A DNA stretch of 62,758 bases, counting the filler, from Stramenopiles sp. TOSAG23-6 (lineage: Eukaryota), in assembly GCA_900128565.1 (NCBI GenBank). It is 46 parts of 46 records of this genome, joined end to end, with 100 filler letters (N's around TTAATTAATTAA, not from the genome) between each part and the next. Parts side by side here need not be neighbours in the genome. Positions count along the whole stretch, not along the records: positions 39,680 to 40,945 come from LT639370.1; positions 41,046 to 42,311 come from LT639371.1; positions 42,412 to 43,677 come from LT639372.1; positions 43,778 to 45,042 come from LT639373.1; positions 45,143 to 46,407 come from LT639374.1; positions 46,508 to 47,771 come from LT639375.1; positions 47,872 to 49,135 come from LT639376.1; positions 49,236 to 50,499 come from LT639377.1; 38 more parts are not named here. The stretch is one strand, 5' to 3'. The position numbers and the translations under genes are program-made. Of this stretch, positions 39,896 through 52,099 are shown in pieces. A model generated the notes under the pieces. It ran no database searches, was not told where the DNA came from, and worked only from the letters and a program-made list of their open reading frames with translations. Positions within the stretch are counted from its first letter, which is position 1; every line of letters starts with the position of its first letter.

Positions 39896-40945
39896 ATGGA
39901 GGAAAAACAAAATTACAGCAATTACAAACTAGATCCAATAAAAATTAAAGCTAAGATGGATGAAATACTTAAAAAACTTGGAAAACCCGGAAGCTTGTTG
40001 ACGCCGACGAGAAAGGAGCATCAGGAAAAAGAACCCCCCCAACACTCGCTTAAAACTCGGTTTCATGAAAATGGGCATATATTATTGAATGAGTTCAGTA
40101 TGGCTAAGCTAATACTTCAACTAGGAATTCTCCGTTGCGACATTGAAACCTTCATCGATGGAGAAAAGGTGGACTTTGAAGATATGATCACCGAAATAGA
40201 TTTACTTCCCCTGTTGTTGTCAAGCCTTTATCGGAACGAAATAGATATAACCTCTACCGTCGAATTACAGAAGGCTGTGAAAGAATTTGCAGAAATGAAT
40301 AAAGTAGACTATCACAAACTCCTACAGGTAACATGCTTACCATGTGCTCGAAAATATGTAAAAGATATCTTTGAGGGTACAAGTGCTGAAGCAGATACAG
40401 ATTTGCTGAAGTCAATCATCAATCGTAGTGATACTGATTTGATGATGGGTAAGGCAATTCCCGATAAGCGTAGTTCTGTTGATCGCAGGGATACGGCAAT
40501 TCCGGATAAAGGTAGTTCGGTTGATCCCATTGAAATAATTCCTACTTCTAAATTTAAAATGCAGCTTAATATGTCGGGTACATACCAGCGAATTGAAAGG
40601 GAATGTTGGGGTTGCAAGGAGGACGTTCTTGGTTTTGAGTTTAGGTGGCCATTTTCAATATTTGCTGAAAAGATGTCTAAATCTGATCAAAGAATAACTC
40701 ATGTTCCTGGTGAATCATTTGTTGTTCAATTACGTCTACCCTTGGTTGATGTATCTTTATCAGATGCTTCATCAAAAAAATATGTTATAAGTCCACCTTT
40801 TGTTTTCGAAAATATTTCAGTAGAGACACTTGAACCTTGTTGGCCTACTGAACCTTATGGAAGTATCAAAGTAATTGTTTGCCTTTTATCAATGAAAGAA
40901 GTGGATGAACTCGTGAAACAGAATTTGATTCCACGTCCAGGTTTG
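39896..40945 (+). CDS. Hypothetical protein, intronless in view, 3' truncated
   Basis: 350 open codons; no family recognised. Confidence 0.6.
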
Positions 40946-41045
40946 NNNNNNNNNNNNNNNNNNNNNNNNNNNNNNNNNNNNNNNNNNNNTTAATTAATTA
41001 ANNNNNNNNNNNNNNNNNNNNNNNNNNNNNNNNNNNNNNNNNNNN

Positions 41046-42242
41046 GAATGTAATATTCAATATGCTTTAGATCCTCATTCTAAAAATTATTGCATTATTG
41101 AAGTAAATCCACGATTATCTAGATCCTCAGCTCTTGCTTCAAAAGCTACGGGATATCCTCTCGCATTTGTTGCAGCAAAACTTGCATTAAATCAACCTCT
41201 GCCTGATCTTCGTAATTCAGTCACAAAAAATACGACCGCGTGTTTTGAACCTTCCTTGGATTATATTGTTACAAAAATTCCTCGATGGGATTTGAAAAAG
41301 TTTCATCAAGTTTCTCAGGAAATCGGTAGTGCAATGAAGTCTGTAGGGGAAGTCATGGCTATAGGTCGCACATTTGAAGAATCTTTCCAGAAAGAAATGA
41401 GAATGGTTGACCCTGGAAGTGTCGATGGATTTGAACCTCATGCGACAATAAAATGGTCACAAGATCAAATTGATAATGAATTGATTAAAGCAACTGATAT
41501 GAATGTTTTCGTCATACATTTTTTACCTACATTTTTTTCATAGGAAATTATGTACCTAACAGTTTGTAAACAATTTTTTTTAAACATATTTTTCCACAAT
41601 ATATGCGTCCATTTGCAATAGCTCGTAGTCTGTATAATGAAGAAATTTCGTGGGAAGAAATTCATCAACGAACAAAAATTGATCGTTGGTTTTTGTCACG
41701 TTTGCAGAGAATAGCAGACATGCACCACGATCTGAAAGATTTTGGAGGAGATATACATTCTGTGCCATACGAAACATTACGACGTGCCAAACAACTTGGT
41801 TTTTCAGACAAGCAATTAGCACAGAGAATGTCCGATGTACATTTTCATCATTTATTTCAAATTTATTTCGTTTTCATATAGAACATTTCGTATCTAACGA
41901 TTTGTTTGTTACTTTTTTTTCACAATAAATGATGTGGATGAAACAACTGTTCGATCTGTACGCAAAAATCATGGAATCATACCCGTCGTGAAACAAATTG
42001 ATACACAAGCAGCGGAGTATCCAGCAAACACAAATTACTTGTATATGACATGTATGTTTTATTTTTTTTCAATTTCGAATTTTTTTTTTATAAAAATTTT
42101 GTACCTAACGATTTTTTCATCAAAAACAAAAATATTTTTCCAAAATACATACAATGGAATCGTCGATGATGTCGATTTCAAAGATAATGGTACCATGGTG
42201 CTTGGATGTGGTGCATATCGTATTGGGTCGTCTGTTGAATTT
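41046..42242 (+). CDS. Carbamoyl-phosphate synthetase large-chain region (CAD/URA2/CPS); exons 41046-41500, 41605-41836, 41931-42051, 42151-42242
   Basis: [64 protein letters not shown]. Confidence 0.95.
41501..41604 (+). other. GA-AT family intron
   Basis: gatAT|GAATGT...CCACAATATAT|g; restores ATDMRPFAIA. Confidence 0.8.
41837..41930 (+). other. GT-AT family intron
   Basis: gAT|GTACAT...CACAATAAAT|gat; 94 nt. Confidence 0.8.
42052..42150 (+). other. GT-AT family intron (99 nt, no in-frame stop)
   Basis: acAT|GTATGT...CCAAAATACAT|ac; restores the conserved NYLYMTYNG. Confidence 0.85.
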
Positions 42243-42765
42243 GTACGTTTTTCAAAATTCAATTGTTTAACAATTTTGTTTCATACGAAATTTCGTACCT
42301 AACGATTTTTTNNNNNNNNNNNNNNNNNNNNNNNNNNNNNNNNNNNNNNNNNNNNTTAATTAATTAANNNNNNNNNNNNNNNNNNNNNNNNNNNNNNNNN
42401 NNNNNNNNNNNAACTTTAGTTTTTCTCAAAGATCTTAGAGAGTGTATTAAAAACTTTGAGAGTGTATTAAAGTTTTTGTGGAATAGAACTTGCTACGATT
42501 GCTAATCTTGAAAGAATAGAAATACTGTATTGAATTAATTTTCCTTATATTGGTTTCAAAACTGATACTAAATTGTCAAATAAAGTTGAATATTTTTTAT
42601 AGACTATTAGACTCCTACCATTTTTTCGTACCATTTTTTCGTACATAATTTCGACTACTTGAGAACTACTTGTAGTATTAAATGTTGACGATCTTATTTT
42701 GTAAATAAAAGAGAACATGGATAGAGTCTTCTAACAACCAGAAAATGTGTACAATCAATAAATAA

Positions 42766-43220
42766 TCAATAAATGTGTACGAGTGCAAATCCTAAGGACC
42801 AGAAAAGAATGTATGTAAGCACCTGACCTCCAATACCCTCGAACATAAATCCTAATGATGAAGTCATAAAGTAGCTATTCACATCAAAATTCATTTTTAT
42901 GAGGAGCAACAATGATACTATAGTGTACATAAGTGCATATGCAACGAAACCTTCAAGACCAGTCAGCCCAAGCACCCCCGCAACCATTCCTGAAGCTATA
43001 CCAAATATCTTGCGAACAAAGTCCACTACCTATTATTTGTGTTTACATTTTAAAAGATATTATGAAGTGAGAAGATGAAATATATCAAAACTAAAATATC
43101 AAAAGTAGTTTCGGACTCAGCAATATAATAAAACACATAGTTTACTACTCTACGTACCTGCATATTATTCATGACATTTTCTCTGGAAATCAATAATTTA
43201 TCTTCCTCCAACTCCATCAT
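42766..43220 (-). CDS. EMC6: ER membrane complex subunit 6; canonical GT-AG intron 43157-43030
   Basis: ENVMNNMQ|VVDFVR...GVLGLTGLEGF...LTYILFWSLGFALVHIY; CAG|GTACGT...TAG|G. Confidence 0.9.
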
Positions 43221-43553
43221 GGTGAATCTAAATATATACGTTCCGTTAAAGCAATCTAATGATACAGAATAAAAAATGTAATAAGTGGCACTATATTTCC
43301 AGGTAGGTTATACAAATGCGAGTTTGATGACTCTACTATGGGAAAATAGGTGGTTGTTTTGTTGGGTTGGCCATAATATATATGAGAGAGTGTGTGTAGA
43401 TAGCCGAGCAGGTTTGTTCGATAAATTCTGAAATTCTGAAATTTTGTCGAAAGTCGAAACTGTTTCTCTCTACTACCTTAAGCTACCTTACTACTATATC
43501 TATCAAAGCTACTCTAGTCGACAAAATAGAATCTATGGTTGCTTTGCAAAACA

Positions 43554-43677
43554 ATGTACGCGAAAGATGAAAAAGGCATAGAAATTGAAAATCCAGATTA
43601 TGAAAGACTTTTTGACGCCGAAACAGGTCACTGGTATTACGTTAATAGGATATCAGGTGACTCATATTGGGAAGAGG
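43554..43677 (+). CDS. WW-domain protein, 5' end
   Basis: YERLFDAETGHWYYVNRISGDSYWE. Confidence 0.7.
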
Positions 43678-43777
43678 NNNNNNNNNNNNNNNNNNNNNNN
43701 NNNNNNNNNNNNNNNNNNNNNTTAATTAATTAANNNNNNNNNNNNNNNNNNNNNNNNNNNNNNNNNNNNNNNNNNNN

Positions 43778-44124
43778 ATTACATATCGTTGCTCTTGTAC
43801 AGCGACCACGAAGCTGACATTGAAGCAGCAAATGCAATTAATGAGCACCGTTTGGCGTTAGAAAATGCGCTGGTAGGGAACAATGCTCCTGAAAAAGAGA
43901 ACGCTATCGAACACCACTACTCGCGCGCGGTTGAATCGATTTATTGCTACCGAAAAATTCTTTTGTCCATCGAGGAGCACCAAATAAACGCCCAGAGACA
44001 AAATTTGGTCTTTCCGTCGCCTCAGTCGATCACCGATGATCTAGGTTCACTTGAGACATCTATTTTAAATCGCTGGAAAAGTAGTTACAAATTGGCTAAG
44101 TACACAGCAGGTGCTATTTATTAA
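43778..44124 (+). CDS. 3' end of a hypothetical protein
   Basis: Open frame with coding-like composition. Confidence 0.45.
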
Positions 44125-45142
44125 TAATAATACGAAATAGACGACTAGCAGAAAGCGTATAGTCATCCATATAACCCTATATATAATAATTTTCAATGGA
44201 GAATGAATGAAAGAATAACGTAGTATATTTTAAATTAATAGTCTTACTTGCCTATCTCTTTCCTATAATTAAATTATAATCTATAGAATAATTAAAAAAA
44301 ATGAAAATACGCGAAGAAGCGACATCAAACAAAAATTAAAATAAATTGTTCCCCCATTATAAATATATATAAATACACTCATTCATAATCACCATTTTTT
44401 AGTTATAGCTATATATTAGTGTCTAATAATTCTCGAAGCAACGATGCGATTTGGAGCCACAAATTAAAAGTATGTAATATTACTTATCGTGTCATAATTA
44501 ATTGTATTATATTGATATTAATTTGGTTTTATTTATTTTGTACTAGTACATCATTATGGAATCTCTTTCCTTCTTCTTCCTTCGCACTTTTTGTTCTTCT
44601 TTCTTCTTTGTTTGTTGTTTAATAAAAGTAGGGAAACAGAGCAGCAGCAGACCAGAAGAAAGATAATAATAATAAAAAGAAAAAAAAATTGTACTGCCTG
44701 TGGTAGTAACTATAGAGTGTATTTTATTTTTTAATACCCTTGGTGGTACATTATTAAATAAAAAAGAAGAAGAGAAGTGTAGATATAGAGAATGAAGTTA
44801 GACTTTTAAATCACAAGTAATTGTGTGGTGACAAAACGGGTTGAATCAATTGTCAGCGTTAGCATTAATTTTTTGCATATCTCTGTGTATATTATTTGAC
44901 AAAGGAAACAAGCGTTGGCCCGTAATCGAATTTGAAGAAGCATGAAAGGTCGCGGTAAAGCTGTTCGCATAGAAAGTTATGAGAACGCCTTGCAGTACTT
45001 GGCGTCCGTATCGTCTGCCAAAAGTAGTTTTTTTGAGACTGANNNNNNNNNNNNNNNNNNNNNNNNNNNNNNNNNNNNNNNNNNNNTTAATTAATTAANN
45101 NNNNNNNNNNNNNNNNNNNNNNNNNNNNNNNNNNNNNNNNNN

Positions 45143-45981
45143 TAGATAAGCTGTTGTATTCATATTAATATTTGTGCAAAATAAACATATATTTTGGGGA
45201 AATATTTCAAAAAAAAATGTTAGGTACGAAATTTCGTACGAAAAAAAAAATCATAGAAAAAAAAAAAAAAAAACATACATTCTCCAGTAAGACTACAAAT
45301 CATCGGGTAAGTAAATGCCACAAAAAGTACCAAAATCTTTGTTCCATTTTGTCTTGTCATGATTTTTGGAATAATAAGATGGATAATCAAAACACATAGA
45401 AGAAGAAACCATGGTGCACAATTTAAGATAATAAATTGTTGAGGTAATGTTAGTCTAATGACACATGTAGTGTGAAAAATATTTCAAAAAAAATCATGAA
45501 AAAAAAAATCGTTAGGTACAAAATTACGTACGAAAAAAAAAATTAGATAAAAAATTAAAAATAGTACAACAAACATGACAATGTCATAGATCCAAACTTC
45601 CCAAAAGATCCAACACTTAGATATCCGAAAAAATCAAAGAACTGGTAATACAAGTCTAATAACGTTTTTGTTACCACATATATTTTGGAAAAATATTTCA
45701 AAAAATTTTTTTTCCGTAAAAAAAAAAAAATTGTTAGGTACAAAATTTTTTTTTTTCGTAAAAAAAAAAAAAAAATTAAAAAAATTTTCAAAAAAAAAAA
45801 AAAAAAATCATTGAAAAAAAAAAAAAAAAAATATATATAATTCACAATAAAACACGAAAAACATACATTACTTTCAGTCGCTTTTTTCTTTGCTAATTCT
45901 GCAATTCCAGCGAAAACTCCTTTAGGACCCCACAGATTTTGTTGTTCCTCAAATTTTTTGCGTTGTCTCATTTCGCATAGC
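45143..45981 (-). CDS. Multi-pass membrane protein; introns 45866-45678, 45574-45465, 45278-45187 (all GT-AT)
   Basis: Only GT..AT splicing gives a continuous frame: ...ESN|VVTK...TLS|CVIR...FTYPMICSLTGE|CLFCTN. Confidence 0.75.
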
Positions 45982-46558
45982 AAAAGTTGTGAAAAAATAT
46001 TTCAAAAAAAAAAAAACTTAAATTTGTTAGGTACAAAATTTNNNNNNNNNNNNNNNNNNNNNNNNNNNNNNNNNNNNNNNNNNNAAATTTTGTACCTAAC
46101 AAATTTAAGTTTTTTTTTTTTTGAAATATTTTTTCACAACTTTTGCTATGCGAAATGAGACAACGCAAAAAATTTGAGGAACAACAAAATCTGTGGGGTC
46201 CTAAAGGAGTTTTCGCTGGAATTGCAGAATTAGCAAAGAAAAAAGCGACTGAAAGTAATGTATGTTTTTCGTGTTTTATTGTGAATTATATATATTTTTT
46301 TTTTTTTTTTTTCAATGATTTTTTTTTTTTTTTTTTGAAAATTTTTTTAATTTTTTTTTTTTTTTTACGAAAAAAAAAAATTTTGTACCTAACAATTTTT
46401 TTTTTTTNNNNNNNNNNNNNNNNNNNNNNNNNNNNNNNNNNNNNNNNNNNNTTAATTAATTAANNNNNNNNNNNNNNNNNNNNNNNNNNNNNNNNNNNNN
46501 NNNNNNNCGAAATTTTGTACCTAACGATTTTTTTTTGAAATATTTTTCCAAAATACAT

Positions 46559-46733
46559 GATTTGTACTTTATTCGATAATCGTTCTTTGGTAGTACAGAG
46601 AGAGCAGAGGAAATCAATGATGACGTCACAAGTAGAAAGTGGAAAAGGTTTAGCATCCATGAAAGAATTGAAAGGAGGCTCTCACATTAAAGCCTCAAGA
46701 GTGGCGCCAATGGAAATGGCTGCTACATTTTAA
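46559..46733 (+). CDS. Terminal exon, hypothetical protein
   Basis: Follows family acceptor at 46558; frame ICTLFDNRS...MAATF-stop. Confidence 0.5.
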
Positions 46734-46978
46734 AAAAAAAATTATTAAATTTTACATTGTAATAAATTCGCAATACAATAATAATTATTCCAGATTATGA
46801 AAAAACTGTTGTTACCGGGTATCAACGATTCAGTGCACCCCATATAATTCGCACTTCAACAAATCAATACACAGTTAAACACACAACGTGTTTTTGTATT
46901 CAGTAGTTTCATCAACAATATTGTATTGTGCATATATTCTTACAGTCGAATATCGTAGATACAATTCCCTGGAAAACT

Positions 46979-47731
46979 ATGTTTGCTCGTCTTATTAGCC
47001 GTTCAAGTCAGTTTTGTGTATTGCGCTCGCAATTTCCAGCGACATCGCGAACTTTTATCACATCTTCGTCGAGGTCGAAAACCTGTTTGCCTTTCAACGT
47101 TGTGTCGTATAGATCACCATATTTTCGCCTTCGAAGTTTTTGTAAGCCTGCTGGTCAGAAGCCTACTTCCAGTAGTTCTAAAGCTGCAGTTGAGGCAGAG
47201 GCAAGTGGAGCTGCTGGTGAGAAATATGCGCTGCAGGGTGTAAAAGTTGTTCAGGGTGTAAAAAATGCATCTTGGGGAGGCTTGATACTTTGTGTTACAG
47301 GTCTTGTCTCTGTTTGTGGTTATGTGATTATTCGGGAGCTCATGCCGAGTAGTATGGGACCAAACAGCGTTTTCAATAAAGCGTATGAACGCGTCAAGAA
47401 TAATCCTGAACTTATTAAACATATTGGAACAGGTATAAAAGGCTACGGCATGGACGTAGGGGGTAGAAGAGAAGGTCGAAGAAACGCAATCAATCACATC
47501 AAGATGACTGATGACGATGGTATCAAGCATACGCGTATTCGATTTAATTTGGAGGGTTCACGTGGAAAGGCAATCTGTTATGCAGATGTCAGTGAGGCCA
47601 TGGGAAAAGACGATTTCTACTATTTAATTATTGAAGTCCCTCAGTCTCGTAGGAAGTCGTTTACTTTTGCTGTAATTGATAATCGCCCAAAGATTCCATT
47701 TTCCGTACGCAACAAATTAACACGAATTTAA
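46979..47731 (+). CDS. TIM21: Mitochondrial import inner membrane translocase subunit Tim21
   Basis: Arg/Ser-rich presequence, TM helix, then RELMP...PNSVFNKA...IKGYG...RRN...RFNLEG. Confidence 0.88.
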   Translation: MFARLISRSSQFCVLRSQFPATSRTFITSSSRSKTCLPFNVVSYRSPYFRLRSFCKPAGQKPTSSSSKAAVEAEASGAAGEKYALQGVKVVQGVKNASWGGLILCVTGLVSVCGYVIIRELMPSSMGPNSVFNKAYERVKNNPELIKHIGTGIKGYGMDVGGRREGRRNAINHIKMTDDDGIKHTRIRFNLEGSRGKAICYADVSEAMGKDDFYYLIIEVPQSRRKSFTFAVIDNRPKIPFSVRNKLTRI

Positions 47732-47950
47732 ATTCAAACAATGGTATTAATGTGACATCTAAACAGTCTAANNNNNNNNNNNNNNNNNNNNNNNNNNNNN
47801 NNNNNNNNNNNNNNNTTAATTAATTAANNNNNNNNNNNNNNNNNNNNNNNNNNNNNNNNNNNNNNNNNNNNANTTTTTTTTTTTCGTATGAAATTTTGTA
47901 CNTANCAAAAAANTTCTGAAAAAAAAAAAAAATATTTTTTTATGATACAT

Positions 47951-48247
47951 ATTGTTGCTGCAAGTCATACATCACCAGATTATTTTTTCATAGCTATTCA
48001 ATCATTTAGGAAGTTATTAAATCACCGCAATAATAAAAATAAAAAACAGAAAAAACAGAAAAAACAGAAAAAAAATGAAATTATAAAAAAAGATGAAAAA
48101 TATGATGGAGAGCCTCCACAATCTAAAAAAAAAGTGATTCGTAATATTTTAAAAGATACAAAATTTCATGATTCTAATATTGATAATATTGATAATAATA
48201 ATAATATTGATAATAATGATAATAATAATACTACAACAAATGATACA

Positions 48248-48281
<34 letters not shown>

Positions 48282-48755
48282 ATAATAATAATAATAATAT
48301 TGAAACTACTACTACTAATAATAATAATACAACAAATACAACAAATACAAATACTACTACTACTACTAATAATAATAATAATACTACAACAAATACAAAT
48401 AATAATACTAAAAATACAAACAATACAACAAAAACGTCAAAAATATCAGAACCAATCCCTCCTCAATACTTACAAGGTGCAAATTCATTTGCTTTTAGGA
48501 AAAATAATCAATGTATTGATGAGCAATCATCATCATCCATTGAAAATTATAGTATACTTCATGAAATTATACCACTTAATGGAATACTTTGTGATTCCTT
48601 ACATAACCCTAACCCTAGTACATCTCAAATACGAAATGGATTACAAAATCATGCAAAATCTGGATATGGATTTCGTGTTTTTGATAAAGTAGTGACAGTA
48701 ATGACGTCACTATCACCACCTACCGTTGATCTCGAACATAAAACAATTAGTGCAT
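47951..48755 (+). CDS. Internal exon of a hypothetical protein with an Asn/Thr low-complexity insert
   Basis: Bounded by acceptor TATGATACAT (47950) and donor AT|GTATGT (48756); phase of the next junction unresolved. Confidence 0.55.
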
Positions 48756-48807
48756 GTATGTTGTAAAGTGTTTTAAAGTGTTTTAAAGTGTTTGTGATGA
48801 ATTTCCA

Positions 48808-48838
<31 letters not shown>

Positions 48839-49288
48839 GAAAAAAAAAAAAAATGTTTGATAATTTTTTTTTTTTTTTTTTTTTTTTTGTTTGAATTTTT
48901 TTTTTTTTTGTTTAAATTTGTTTTACTACAAAATTGTATACCTAAAGAAATTTCAATTTCAATTTCAATTGACAAATTTTAAATTGTATATATTTTTTAA
49001 AAAATAGTGAGAATCGAAATGAGGAGGATAATGATACATCGTCTAGTGAAGAGGAAGTGTCCATTAATGTATGTTTTATTTTTTTTTTTTTTTTTCTCGG
49101 TAAAAAAAAAAAAAAAAAAATCGAATTTTTTTTTTNNNNNNNNNNNNNNNNNNNNNNNNNNNNNNNNNNNNNNNNNNNNTTAATTAATTAANNNNNNNNN
49201 NNNNNNNNNNNNNNNNNNNNNNNNNNNNNNNNNNNTTGTACCTAACAATTTTTTTAGATTTTTTTTGAAATATTTTTCCAAAATACAT

Positions 49289-50198
49289 GCCTGTTGTAGT
49301 ACAATTACTGTTGCATCCTCATTCTTGGGTTCGTCTGGCATCTTCTCGGATAGTTGGTATGTTTGTATCAAGAACAAATCCTAAACAATTATCGGATAAT
49401 TCAAATAATTGTATAACAGAAAAAAGTTTTTTGTGCAATCCAGGAATTCTCTTTGATCTAGCTAAATTTTCTTGCATGCAATTACAAAGTACAATATTGA
49501 CTGAAAATCAAGCCCGACAAACAATTAAAAATTTAGTGTACTGTGGTATTGCTATGTCATTTAATCCAACACTTTGTTTTACTGAAGAAATCAAAAAAGA
49601 GATATTTGAAAATGAATCTGATGAAATGTCAAAAACAATTCAAGTATCAGAAAGACCATTAAATTGGTTGTTTCATCGTATGGCAGGTTTGTGTCGCGAA
49701 CAAAGAAGAATAAAACGTGACAAAAATGGTAAAGTAGCTCGTGATGCTGCAGAGCATGCTCTTCGAGTAGGTGATATTACAGGTATCAGACGTCGTGCAG
49801 TATTCAGATGGTTTGGTGCAATTACAGTGTCTTTGAATGTGAACAAAACTGCTTCTTATTTATCTGTTGTTTTACCCGTTTTATTACAAGCTCAAGCTAA
49901 AATTGAAGGAAGAGAAGCAAAACATGCCAAACGATCTGAGCAAAGCACAGCAACATTAGCACAAGAAGTTCTTGCTTTATTATCAAAAACTCATGATTCA
50001 AAAGTTTATTTAGATGAGCATCATAAGTCTGTGTTGAAATATAAAGAAACGAAACGTGAACGAAAGAAAAAAAGAGCAATTGAAAAAATTGTGAATCCTA
50101 TGGCACATACTCAAAGAAAACGTGCTAGACATTTACATGCTAGAGCACAAAGAAAACTTAAACTCCAACAGCATAAAATGAAGGAAGGAAGAAGATAG
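49289..50198 (+). CDS. UTP20: Small-subunit processome component UTP20, terminal exon
   Basis: LLHPHSWVRLASSR, QTIKNLV, LAQEVLALL and basic tail RERKKKRAIEKIVNP. Confidence 0.8.
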
Positions 50199-50599
50199 AG
50201 ATTGTAGAGATTATATATTGAATTTTCAACCGCATAAAATGAAGGAAGGAAGAAGATAGAGATTTTAGAGATTATATATTGAATTTTGTATGTAAAAGAT
50301 ATCGCCATATATATGAAAAGTGAAAAAGACAAAAGCAAAATATTAATAGAATTTTATTGTAAAAAGAGTAATAAAGATTATATACTCTATTGGTAAAATA
50401 CTTTCAATTCTTCGTTTTCCTACTCGTTTCTTCATCTTCTTGATTACTCTATTGGTAAAATACTTTCAATTCTTCGTTTTCCTACTCGTTTCTTCATCTN
50501 NNNNNNNNNNNNNNNNNNNNNNNNNNNNNNNNNNNNNNNNNNNTTAATTAATTAANNNNNNNNNNNNNNNNNNNNNNNNNNNNNNNNNNNNNNNNNNNN

Positions 50600-51002
50600 G
50601 ATTGCGTTGGTAATTTGATAAAATTGCGCCACATGACACAGCCTCTACAGTGGGATACTTCTTAACTACTTGCTTCAAAAGTTCGAAAAGATCCTCAACT
50701 TCATCATTTTCAGTTTGTGTATATGTCAAGCCCTTCGCTTTATACTTTCCTCTGATTGCTCTACGTTCTAAAGGCAATTCCATTGCGTCAGCTATTGTTT
50801 GTATCATATTATGTGATGCAGTTTGATACATAAATGAGTCAATTTCGTGTATTGGAGCCTCTTCAGTATTAGCTGGAGTTGGCATTAAATTGGCAAGGAC
50901 GATTACCTCGTAACCGTTAGCTTCACACTCCATAATGTTAAAACAGCTGTCTTTCCCTCCACTGAGTAGTGCTACAACATGTGGTCGAGTTGCACGTGTC
51001 AT
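50600..51002 (-). CDS. DPH6: Diphthine--ammonia ligase, N-terminus
   Basis: VVALLSGGKDSC, EIDSFMYQT, DEVEDL, GAILSNYQR. Confidence 0.93.
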
Positions 51003-52099
51003 TATTTACGTATATTTGATAGTGAAGTACAGGAATGGCTAGAATATAATCTTGAATGACACAACAGACATATGTAAACTGTATTTTGCGTCTAGCTAGT
51101 AGCCAGAGAGAGTACCGATTAGCTCAGTCTCAGCTGAATTTATAAGTCGGAAATTGCTACCTACCGTATATTCGTATTACCCTATACCGATACGTTTATT
51201 ACTAGGGTTAGGGTTTATGAAGTCAGCTCATCACACAGGTGTAGGAAACACGATGTTAAAAGACTGTCAATTGCTACTCGAGCTCTACGTGTAGGCATTA
51301 TTTGTAAAAATGTTGTTTACACCAACAGCGCAGCGCTCAAATGAATCTTGCACAACAAACGAAAGTGACTCGTCTACTATACCACTGCCAAGTGATGTAC
51401 AAAGAAACATTTTGATGCGGCAGTTAGCTTTATACTCTTCAAACCAATACCCATACACTAATCTTCAACGCAATCTCCAACTTGCAAACGTCGCGCAAAG
51501 CCGTGTACTGCGCAGTACTCTACCCAACTNNNNNNNNNNNNNNNNNNNNNNNNNNNNNNNNNNNNNNNNNNNNNNNNNNNNNNNNNNNNNNNNNNNNNNN
51601 NCCCTCTAAGTCTGTGTCTACTCGGGGGAGAGGCGTCGCTAAGTCGAGAAAAATGATTCCCGTGGAAGGAACAGACGATGTTCTCATACACTGTGCTCGC
51701 AACTGTGGTGTTCACTACCAAACTACAGCTCTAAAGCTTAAAGTTGGTAATGTATATCAATACAAACCACCAAAAACAAAAGAGGGTAAAAAGGAGTGGC
51801 ATAAAGTTTTGCGATGTCTTAACGCGCACGAGTCTCAACGGTGTCGGATGCGAGAGAATAAGANNNNNNNNNNNNNNNNNNNNNNNNNNNNNNNNNNNNN
51901 NNNNNNNTTAATTAATTAANNNNNNNNNNNNNNNNNNNNNNNNNNNNNNNNNNNNNNNNNNNNTCATAGTAAATTTTGTACCTAACAAATTTTTTTTTTT
52001 TGAAATTTTTTTTTTTTGAATTTTTTGGCTAAATTTTTTTTCATAGTAAATTTTGTACCTAACAATTTTTTTTTTTTGAAATTTTTTTTTACCATATAA

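Noticed and set aside
45719-46407. Inverted duplication around an N gap
   Set aside because: 46085-46407 exactly mirrors 45719-46041; scaffolding or chimera artefact.
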